DNA of 64,000 nt from Takakia lepidozioides. Its lineage: Eukaryota; Plantae; Bryophyta. A model generated the notes under the pieces. It was not told the origin of the DNA, did not search any database, and saw only the letters and a program-made list of their open reading frames with translations. The stretch lies in NCBI GenBank assembly GCA_030704615.1, contig CM060731.1, positions 4,712,001 through 4,776,000 on the forward strand, given 5' to 3'. Of this stretch, positions 39,901 through 51,900 are shown piece by piece (the stretch's first letter is position 1; each line of letters begins with the position of its first letter). The position numbers were made by a program, and so were the translations under genes.

Positions 39901-42900
39901 AGAAACAAGAGAGAGGGGCACTCCACAAGCAGTCCAAAAGCAACTCTTGCTCAAGAGATTGTCGAAGAGTCATCGTCTCCCTTTCCTCTCTGCATCTGTT
40001 TATTGTTCAAAGGTAAACTCCCTGTCCTGAGCTTAAATTTCAATGTAGTGTTGAGGGTAGGTAGGCACTTCAGATCATCCTTAAGGTCCTCACCCATATC
40101 ACAGACTGGAAACAAGTTCAGGGAAGTCTTATGGCTAACTTCGTGCATGTGAGAGAGAATGTACTCATAAGACTTTGTTTTGCCCTAGCCTTGTCGCCAT
40201 AGACCCCGAGCCCAGTAAACATTGGGGATAGGCACTACCTTTGTTAGGGGCTCACTCCAGTAGTAGTGACACAAGAGAGAGAGAGCACATACCCTTACAA
40301 TGTCTTCAGTCTCCTGAAGTTTCTGTGCAGATGCTGCAGCCTCTGAAGCGAGCCGCTTGTTCTCCTCTTTGAGAAAAGCAAGCTGTACCCATGCTGCTTT
40401 CTCAAGAGCACGGCGCTCTTTGTCTGCCACTGTAGCAGCATCTGCCAGCTGACGACGAAGCCCCTCAACCTCCATACTCATCTCCTGCGAGCTAGTGGCA
40501 TGCTCTTCCTTTAGCCGGTTGACTTCCTCTCCAAGATTCTGCACTTCCTGTTGCGTATGCCATACCAGATCAATAACGCTAATTCTGGTTCTTTCAAAAG
40601 ATATAACCGGTGCTGTTTTTCACTACCACGCCTGCAATTATGGAGTCCTTCACCGCACTGGGCTAAGACTATGTGTGCTACCTATAGTCATAACAAGAAC
40701 TGAACCCAATTGCACCAGGCCAGGCCACAGGTAGAAGAATAACTAGGACTATACCTGCTCACTGACTGCCAGTCTTTCAAGGTCTTGGTGCACTTTCTGC
40801 AGCCTCACTTTCTGTCCCGCCCACACATGCCAACACATTTGATGTCCCCTTCCATTCATATCATAACTGCACATATAATAAACAAGAGCCTTGGAATTGA
40901 TTCATGTGGAGCTTTCAATTTACTCGATATCCACAGATAAGGAAGGATAATGAATACATCAAAGTAAACACATCGGTCTGAACCTTGAAACATTGACAGC
41001 CAGTCATTAGTTTTCTCAGTCAACTTCTACCCATCTGGACAACCATGCCTTGCAGCTTGCACATGGCTGTAGGCTGGATGCACACTGAATCAACTTTTAT
41101 GCTGCATCAATCACGTGTCAAATTTTCATTCACTTGATGCAAACCCTGCTAATACCAGCATACAAAGAAGGAACTAAAGAGGAAAACCTGAGCACAGACA
41201 ACATCAGTAAGCTCCGTGACGAGCTCCTCTGCGCCTCTTTCCTGAAGCAAGACCAGATTTTGAGTTGATTGAAATCAATGCACAGGAGTCTTACATAGAA
41301 AGGTACCTATGGATCTGAATCTCTTGCCTCTCCCTCCAAACCAAAGCATGTGACCAAACAATGAAAGATAAATTCCTTCACCCCTTGGGCCTGGTCCTTT
41401 AACAAAAGGAGAGGACACCTGAACTTTGTGCCACACCCACATTTCAGTTTGCTCAATTGAAACAAGTTATGGTAGCCATGATAAAGGCCCCAGTGACCTC
41501 ACAGTGACTGCCTAGAAGTGCCTCTCAGGTATGTTGAAAATTCTGGTATATACATATTTACTTATTTATTTATTTTTCTTAAAGAGTATATTCTAACCAA
41601 GGAGACTGTATTTAATGGAAGCTTTAAAATAGATTTTAGTTACATGAAGTTGCTTGAAACTGATATACACAAGACAGGATATCAACCTTCTCCCTAACAA
41701 TCTTGAAGGCCTCCCTCATCTCCGTCACTTCTTTATGTGTGTCTTCCCGCAGTTTCCTCATGGTTTGCATATTTCTTGCATTCTCTGCCAGTTTTTGTCT
41801 TTGTAAATGGAAAGCTTGAATTTGTACTGTCCACATTTTGAAAAGATCATATTCTTCCTTTCTTTTTCTTCTATGGGGTTGAAGACCTGAGATGTTATGG
41901 ATACTGCATGAAACTCACAATATAATTGGAAGCATTTTTGCTGACTTAAAGTTGCTGTTTTCATTTCAAGAACAACAATAGAGTTCTTGAGACCCATAAC
42001 TTCAAAGCATATTCAAAGGTCAGATCTGCTTACACTCTGCTGTGTAGTCACTTGTGCCATGAAAAGAGCCAAAGGCACAGTTAGTAGGGTTATAACCTTT
42101 CATGACCAGACCAGAAATCACATTGAATCACATCTCTCTCCAAAATACACCTTGCAATGCTTGACGAAGCTCAAGCTGTGTGCTGGAAAGCTTCGCTTGC
42201 AAGTTTTCAATCGTCCGTTCCGTCGCCTTTTCTGCTATGGCCCTTCCTCGAGCCTCCCAAGCTGCTGCTTCCCGCTCCACCTCTTCTTTCACTTCTAGCT
42301 CCTTCACCCTATCCCCACGGCATCCAGATTTCTCTCCACTTCTCCCTGCATTGGTATCAAGGGTCACGTTTTCCTTGTACAAACTACATAGTTTTCTAAC
42401 CTTGCAGAGGGGCCTTCATATTGAACAGCTTTGATTTTCAAGTCAGCTTCTGATGCAAAAGAAGCAGCATTGAAACTCATGCTTATGCTGCAACGAGGAA
42501 TAGCTGCAAGCTCTAGGGTTTCACTATTTTCCTGATATGATATCCCCTCTCAGAGCAGAAAAAGACTTGGTAGCCTGCTCAGGCTCTTTGGAACTCTTCT
42601 AAAATGTTCTAAACTTCCAACTGTTGTTTGAAAAAATAATGAACAATAAATTGTAGAGTTTTCCTTCATGAATTAGTCCCAGTCTTTTACCTGAATGGAG
42701 ATGCAATCCAACACACCCTTTTGTCTCTTCACATGTTTTAGTTTTGACCTGAAGAGGTTAATCAAAACCTCGGTTTTTGAGTCTCTGCTTTCATGTAGCT
42801 TTACCTTGGATGTTTAGTTAAATACTTCGAATGTTATCGCACTTTCGAATTTTGGAGTTATGGATGGCAATCAGATGGAAAACATTGGCCATCCCTTCAA

Positions 42901-45900
42901 GCTACCAACCATCCAGTAAAACAACAATAACAAACCAAACATATTTTTGCCTCTAATGTTCTGGAAACTCATTCAATGTTAGTGCCTGATATGTTTTTGG
43001 AAAGGTATCTTCATTATCTTTCTCTGATTCTTAGAATCTCCCTGTCCTCTAGGAAGCCTATTGACATTGGGTGGACTTGAAACGGGAGTACATTAATGTC
43101 TCTGTGACTAAATGCCGGCCTTGTGACCTCGTGTTCTTGTTTGTTTCGACCTGAAGCGCTTTGCTTCAGGTAAGGTAGTGCATTGGATTTAGTTGGAAAG
43201 CTTGGGGCCTTTCCCTCTTTAGAATATGCCTACACGGGCCATTCCCTGCAACTCCCTGGAGTGTGATCTCTGAATGGTAACAAACGGACTCCTACCGCTT
43301 GGGGGCAGCCCCTCCGCCCAAATTGGGCAGTCGTATGCTCTGTCTAGCATACTCGGCACTTGGGCTCGGGTTGGTTCCTGTGCTTAAACTTATGGCCTGC
43401 GAAAACAATAAAAAATGTAGCTCCTATCAACATCAACACTCCTCAGGGTGATCCCTGGGAATTGGTTACTTATGCCAAATCTAGGGCTTCATGTGTAGTT
43501 TTTGGGGTGAATCCCAGGATGGACGATGTGTCCTTTAAAACTACATGCTCTAGCTTAGGCTTGGATTTCATGGCTAATGGTACCATCTCGAGACTTGATA
43601 ATAGGGGTACGTTGAAGGTTGCAATGACCAAAAGTGCTTCTAATAGAGTCCCGCATCAATTCAATCTCAAAGAAGTTCGTCCCTTGACTGGCTGGAGAGC
43701 GGTCTTAGACATTGGTGATTCAATGGGGCGCTCTAGGAAGACAACCAAGGGCAACAACTTCAACTTGAGCGTTTCTAATCGGTTTGATGCTCTGGATGAG
43801 GTTGAATCCAAACAGCCAGAAGGACAAGATGCCCCTAAGTGTACGGAACCTGAACGTCCTGAATCTGAAGGATTTGGTACTCTGAATGGTTTACCAATCC
43901 TTAAGGTTTACACAAGACGAACAAATTCTATACACGGGGTAATTGTCCCCAAGCCGTCAGATGGACAATCTGTCCCTAAGTGTGCAGAGCCTGAACGTCG
44001 TGTAACTGAAGGATTTGGTACTCTAAATGGTTTACCAATCCTCAAAGTCTACACAAGACGAGCAAAATCTATACACGGGGTAATTGTCCCCAAGCAGTCT
44101 GACGGACAATCTGCCCCTATGTGTGCGGAGCCTGTGCGTCGTGTAACTGAAAGATTTGGTACCCTGAATGGTTTACCAATTCTCAAAGTTTACACAAGAC
44201 GAGCAAAATCTACACATGGGGTAACTGTCCCCCTTTGCAGAACGGTTGGCCGTCCAGGAGCAATCACAAGCTACCTAGACGACAAACAATTCACACGCAA
44301 AGGGCTGGCTTGCGGCTGGCCACTTTCAACTTCTCAGGGTTGACCAACCAAAGGAAACAACTTGAAGTGGGACAAGTTCTTCGGACTAATGATATTCATA
44401 TCTGTGCTGGGCAAGAAACATGGGAAACGTCGGATAAACTGGTTGGAGATGTCATTGGTTATAAATGGGCAGGTAAGATGTGTACTCTCAAGGCAGCCTC
44501 TGCCAAACGCGGTCAAAAAGGGGTCGGATTCTTTGTCCGTGATTTCTTGTTTGACAATTGTGAAATTATCAACAAGGGTTTGAGGTACGAGCATAGTATC
44601 TGGCTAAAACTGAATTTGAAGGGCGGCATGAGTACAAAGGACCTCTTTGTTGGTTGTGTTTACATGCCCACAGAGGGGACCCTTAGTGCTGACGCAGACA
44701 AGGCCTTCGAAGATGTAAAGCTGGACTGTGCTTCGTGCCTTGCCAAAGGTCAGGTGGTACTATTGGGGGACTTCAATGCTCGGGTGGGCAAAGGGATCCA
44801 TCAGGACGATATCATTGGACCTTTTGGTGAGGACGAGCTGAATTCTAATGGCAGACGGTTAATTAACTGTCTAGAAGAGCTTCAGCTTTTGACCTTGAAT
44901 AACAGGACAAGAGGTGACCAAGTGCAGTGGACTCGTGAGAAATCCCAAACTGGGGAACGTTCCATTGTGGACTATATCATAATGGACAAAATTTTGTTCC
45001 CCAGTGTGCCAATGTGTTGATCGACAGAACTGATATTGGTACCTCTGACCACTTCCTGGTTTGGACTGAGATCAAAAGGTGTTTTCCCACCACCAAGAGA
45101 TCTGTGAAACGTTCGATTCGGAAGTGGCGCATAGAAAAATTCCACAATGAGGAGGTCAAGGCTGAGTACGTCCAGGCCTTGCAAGAGGCTCTCCCTCATT
45201 TTGTCCAATCGCTCCAAGAACTTCAGTCACGCTCTGTTAACGCAAGAAATGAAGTCGAAAGAGCAGTGGACTCTTGGGAGAGTTTTGTTTCCTCCGTGGC
45301 TGACAAGATCATTGGGAGGAAACTAATTGTCTGCTAATTGGTGGACTAATGAGATTAAACTCAAGATAGCTGAGAGACGAGCCCTCTATAAAGAGTGCTG
45401 CAATTTGGAAACCAACAGAGAATTGTGGGCGAGGTACTACCAGCTCCGTAAAGATATCAATCAGCTTGTTAGGTCTCAGAAGAAATTATACTGGGACAAG
45501 TTATACAGTGAAATAAACTCAAACCACCATAGTGGTAATGACAAGAAATTCTGGTTGGCCCTTCAACGTTTGTACAAGCCGAAAAGTACAAGCGCTGAAG
45601 ACTACTAAAGGTGCAGTGGTGACTTCATCGGTTGACATTGTCAAAACCTTTGAAACTCACTACAGTATCCTTGGCAGAACTTCTAGGTCTAACAGTGAGG
45701 GGTCTTCTGCTGAATGGAGGGACACAGTTGGAAAAACTGTTCCTATGATTCAAAACAGCCCTGATGAACTGGAGTATATTCCAATGGCTTATAATGCTCC
45801 CATTAGTTCTTCTGAGATTGTGGAAGCAATTGAACATTTAAATGGATATAAAGCTGGTGGACCTGATGGTATTGTCAACGAGCTTATCAAGCACGGTGGC

Positions 45901-48900
45901 GATCCCATGATAGAGGCCCTAGTTCTCCTCTTTAACCTTATCTGGAAGACTGAAATGATCCCCTTTCGCTGGCGACAGGGGCATTGTCAATCTATACAAG
46001 AAGGGTGACAGAGAAGAATCGGGGAACTACCGTGGCATCACGCTCCTCAATGCTGTTGGCAAGACATTCTGCAGAGTTATAAGTACTCGTCTCGAGGTTG
46101 ATCTGGAGTCTAGAGGTTGTTTCCACGAAGGCCAAGCTGGCTTTCAGCGAAACAGGGGCTGTGTGGATCATATCTTCACTCTAAGCCAGATTATCCAGGG
46201 AAGGAAAAAAGAAGGGAAACCCACTTATGTCTTTTTCCTGGATGTCAAAAAGGCTTATGACACAGTGTGGAGAGATGGCCTATGGTTCCGCCTCTGGTCT
46301 TGTGGGATCAAGGGAAAGATGTGGAGAGTTGTCCACAACTTGTATGCTCACACCAAAAGCTGTGTCACTGTTAACGGACAGAAGTCCAACTTCTTTGACA
46401 TAGACCAAGGTGTAGCTCAAGGATGTACTCTCTCCCCTCTGCTCTTCAATGTTTTCATCAATCAACTCCTCGATGATGTGGAAAGTGAGGGATTTGGGTT
46501 AAGTGTGGGTGATACCACCATACCAGCCCTTATGTTTGCGGATGACTTCGCAGGCATAGGGGAGACTCCAACCAATCTCCAGGAGTTGATTGATTGCGCG
46601 AAGAGATACTTTGATCTTTGGGGGCTAGAGGCTAATGTCAGCAAATGTGCAGTGGTAGCATTCAACGACAGAGGAGAGGGAGGAAGTGAACTTAAGTGGC
46701 AGTGGGGTAGTCAAGAGATCCCGGTCCTCCCTTCCTACACTTACCTGGGCGTTGAGTTCTCCTCCAATTGTAATTGGGATGCACATATCCGGAAAGTTGT
46801 TCAAACTGGCAAGGGCAAAGCTCTGGGGCTCACTAAATTTTTCCACTGCAGAGGGGTCAACTCTGAGGTTAAGAAAACCATGCTTTGTCCCGTTATTAGA
46901 CCTGCCTTGGAGTACGGATCTGCTATATGGGTTGATAACTCCAACCAGGCTAAGTCTCTAGAATCCATTCAAGTGGGGGTGCTTAAGGAGTGTATGTCAG
47001 CATGCTCCAAAACAGCCAATGTGGCTGTTCGGGGTGAGTTTGGCATTCCGTCCTTAAGCTCCCGACGAGATGAATTCAAGGTCAGATGGTGGGGTCAGCT
47101 GCAACATATGCCCAACACCAGATATCCTAAGTTAATCGACTCTATATCTTGGAAACAGGACCGCCCTGTCAAACAGGCTAAGTCCTGGCAGAAGAGAGTA
47201 GAAGAGATCCTCAAGGACCTGGACCTGGATCCGCAAGTCTTGACCCTGCTGGATAAATCTGACTTAGAGGCTGTAGTGTCCTCAGCCATGTCTGTTGCCA
47301 TGAGATTGTCTGATGAAAATGAAGTTAGGCAGAAAACTTCCCTGAACTTGTTTCCAGTCTGTGACATGGGGGAGGACATCTTGGATGACGTCAAGGGTCT
47401 ACCCACTCTCGGCACTAGACTGAAATTTAAACTCAGGGCAGGAAGCCTACCTTTGAACAGCAAACAGAAGCAGAGAGGAAAGGGAGAGTGCAATTGCCCG
47501 TTGTGTGGGCAATCTGAAGACAGTATTCATTTTCTGATACACTGTCCGGGGTTCTCTCACCAAAGAGGCTCTCTCTTCAAATCTATTAAGGGTATTGTGC
47601 CTGTACCCCTGTTTACCAACTTTGAAAGTCTCGAGGCTGAGCCAAAAGCCCAGGCCCTCCTGAGGCCTAGTTTTTGGGCAAATCACACACAGCAGATTGA
47701 TGCTTGTGTGAAGGGATTTCTAGAGGATATCTGGAAAACCCGGATTAATTCTATATATGGAGGTAAGTCTTACTACCAACGTCAGCCCCTGACAGAGGTA
47801 GGTTCTGTCCCTTTTATTCCCGCTCAAACTGGGCGCGGGGTCAATGGCCATAAGGCTACGGCAAACAACGTCTTATGAGTACAATCTGATTCTTAGAATC
47901 ATTGAAATCGACGATGATTTGAGGAAGTTATGACCAAGAATCCGGGCCCCTTCTATTTTACCTCATTTGCACCCCAGTTTGACTTGGTTTCATATTTTTA
48001 CCTCCAGGATTTTGGGAGCTCGGTCAACAAAAGTGTGTTATATGGTTTTAGAAAGTTATCCTCATTATCTTTCTCTGGTGTCTTGTTTCAATGACATGTA
48101 CAATGATTTGAGGAAGTTATGACCCAAAATCTGTGCCCCTAATGCTTCGCATAAAAGCCTTGGTTTTGACATATCCTTTTCTCCATGGAAAAACAGCATC
48201 AAAGATTCAGCTGATTTTGTTGATTTGCTAGCTCAACCGAAGTGAGCTATCCAAAGCTGAAATGGACAATCGACAGCAAGTACTACTCACGATTTCAAGC
48301 GCTCAAGCTCCTTGAGCTCTGTGCGGGCTGCTTCAGCCTCTGCCATCAATTGTGTGACCACTTCCCGTGCTTTCTTTTCCTGTTGTCTGCAGGTTTCCTG
48401 TTAATCCAACAACCAAGCAGTGAAAATTTCTTCTTTCAGAGGCCATGACTAAGGGCATACACTCTCTCATTGCCCATGCAAGTGAAGTGATGGCAACAAG
48501 GCTACAGCAGTCAATTCCACTAAAGACATGTTGTCAAACACGGACACACAGACATTTTGAGAGGTGTAGAGTAAGACCAGCTCATCCTGGCAAGTCCTGA
48601 GCTTGGTACACTGCTCTTCCAATGCCTTGCTCAATGAAGCCAAAGTCTGTCGTGCACTCTCCTTCTCTGACGTTGCATCCAGGAGCGCTTTCTCCGCACT
48701 CTGCCAGCAAGTTTCTTGTTTTCATTTTGTATAACTATGAAGTGCTTTATAAGGACTAACACTGGTATGGTTTATGTATGAAATTTATGATAGTCTAACT
48801 GCCATCCATAGCAGGCTTTCTCAGCAAGGAAATTGAAACTGAAGAACACTTCTTCTTCTACTGCCCTCTATACTACGAGATCCGTGGGAGATTTCACTGT

Positions 48901-51900
48901 TTATTCAGTGGAACCCAAACTCTCACTGATGTCTTTCACTATGAGGATCAAAAATGCGTGGCAGCCTACCTACACGAGGCAATCGCTAGAACATTAATTG
49001 TGGTTTCTGGATTTGTTCCTCTCTCATGTTTTCTTCCATTTTGTCCCATAAGCTCTAGGAGCTTTCCACGGACGTTATAAAGCACCATTTCATTTCATTT
49101 CAGAACTGCTTCATCATGTGGACTCTCTTGTACAGTGAGCCCTTGTGACCCTTATGCCAAATAACCACGCCTCCTCTACTCTTTGGTCCACCTGCTTGAG
49201 ATGGGGAGAAGGGAAGTGCTCCTCTGATGTTGTATAAGTTTTTCTTTCTTTACTTTTCCTTTTTTCTACAGACTGCCCTTTTTCTGTGGCTGTGTGATTG
49301 GATATTTTCTAGTATGATGTGAATGCCAGCATCAAATGATACTCAATCCTGTGCGTGGCAAGTCGTGGTGGAGTCTCATTCTGAGCTCCAACCATCTCCA
49401 GCGGGGTTTCAAGGAGAATGGGGCTGACCTGGCGTGCAGTCCTAGCTAAATCCAAGGCCCCCTTCAAGGCAACCACTTCAGTATGCACTGACAGAAGTTT
49501 AGCTTGTGCTTTTTCTCGAACAGCCGCAGCCAACTGGCTCCTCTCCGCCATTAATCGCCTTTCGTTATGTGTCACTGCCTCTCTATTTTTCTGCATCTCT
49601 GCTTCATTCTCCTGTATTCCGATACCAAAGCATGCTAGTCTATAAGGCTTGACTGATCCAGTCCATCCACATTGTAACTGGGGGCACCAGTTGACATTCA
49701 TCAAAAAAGTTGCCACAAAAGTCATGGGTAGGAGAAGGCAATGAATGTTTGAATACATACTGAAAGAAGATCAATGCCAACATTGTTGATCAGATACCCA
49801 TGGACATCTGAAAGTAAAATAAGCAATTAGTGCGAATGTAATTGAGAAATTTTTATAAGGAATAGTTCTGGAATCATCAGCGCACTGGGGGGAAGAAGGT
49901 CATTAGCAGAGTGGCCTTCTATAAAAAATCAAACTTGTCCACTAAGTCAAACTTGTCCACTAAATCCCCAACTAACGCACCTGGAACAACCATGTGTATG
50001 AGAAGGGCAAAAGAATGAATATATATAGGAAATAATATCAACGTTAACACCCAGTAGACATGTGAAGTACAATAAACTAGTAGTGCAGAGGTTACTAAGA
50101 AATTGTGGAATAAATGTTCTTGTGTATGAGAAGGGGAAAGAATGTGTACATACAGGAAACAATATCAACCTTAACTAATTTTGGTGTTGTCAGACACCCA
50201 GTGGGCATGTTTAAGTACCATACACAAATAAGTACACCTAACCTTGTGAGATTGTGAAGTCTAATATATGATTGTGATAAATAACATGTGATGTCAACAC
50301 CACTCACAAATATTATATGATTTGAAGATAGTCCTACCTGAAGTTTCGTCTCAAGAGCCTTGATGGTCATCAGTCTCTTTTCATCCTCAAGCTGCCACCG
50401 CTGCTTTTCTAGTGCCAAAACTATCTTTGTACTGGCCAGGTCATCCTCCAAGGACTTGCGGTCCTCAATCAGTTTGAAGATCTCAGTTTCTTTCCTCTCA
50501 ATCTCTGCTTTCATAGTGTTGTCCCCCAATTTAAGAGAACGCTCTTCCTTTTTTGCCGCCATGTGGGCCAACTCTACTTGCAGCTGACCAACCTGTCCGT
50601 CAATCACCGCACAAATCCTAACATGTTTGGGATGGCAAGTTTTTAACCTGGAAGAGAAAGACATGCTCCTCACAACCCTCAGATTAAACAGGGCTTGATG
50701 ACAAAGGGTGTTCCTTGATACCAGAATGGAGGCTCATGGATACATTTGAAAACAAGATGAGTTCGGATCTAGTCACTAAATTGCATTCAGTTTGTGACAC
50801 CTGGTACCGAAAGGCCACAATGACACATCAAATCTAGCTTCCCTGTGCTATTCAAAAATGAAGATGAATATGGTCGAAATTCTAAGTACTTCAAGACAGA
50901 CTGAAAAACTAGTTCAGCTTGAAGCAATTCTATGAGCTTCATTCATTAACTCTGGCAGCTTGAGGAAATCTTTGTGACCGCTAGCACCTAAATAGCTGTG
51001 CTTCTCCCCAATGAAGAAGTCTAAGTCCAATAGACTACTGATGTACATTGTCAGATAGCAAGTCAGTTTCCAACCTCTTGGCACAAGCGCTCCAAAAGGG
51101 GCTCCTCCACTGCCTCTGTTTGTGCTGACGATTCCTTAATTGTGCTCACCTTTTCGTCATTATGTCTCTGCAACACAGTGGATAATGCATCCTTACAGCT
51201 GGGTTAGACATTCTCATGCAGTGCATTAGATATTCAAAATGAACAAACTCACACGTTCATCTTGCTACTTTTCTTCTCTCCCTTACCCATACAATTTCCC
51301 ATAGTACAGGTCTAACTACAAGTGGGAGGACAGCTGACTGAAAGCACTGTTGCAGATTTATACTCAGATTGTTACACAACTCAGGAATATATTCCACACT
51401 ACCTCTGGTGGAATAGATACAGCAACTATGTGATGCAAAGAAATATCATCTCATAAACCTTGCTCAACTTCTCCTGGTCAAGAGAGAAAAGATTTAAGAG
51501 ACAGAAAGGGGAGTGACAGGAAAAACAGAAAGGAAAGGGACTGACATGACGAAGTGTGTACCAGTCCCCATTTGCACTTGCGGTCCACAAATCGGACATG
51601 TCGATTCCGTGAGCGCCTGTTGGGCTGATTCTTTACTGCCGCTTGGAAGCTTTCTGAAGACCACTCGCTAGAGTCATCCTCTTGTTCCCTCCTCTGAATG
51701 CCATGAACTCCCTGCTCCCTCCAATTCTTTGAAGTATCTTTAGGGGCTTCTTTATTCTCCCCTAACTTTGCCTTCGCAAGCTGACCCACCAGATCCAAAA
51801 CTCGGGACTCCAGTCTTCCTAGTCGAGCCTCATGGTTCTCTCTATACAAACAATCTCCATGATCCCTACCTGTAGGATCGATTTGAAACCCTGAAGGCTT

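Noticed and set aside
43100-43200. HDV-like ribozyme around GACCTCGTG
   Set aside because: P1 and P3 pairings could not be built by eye
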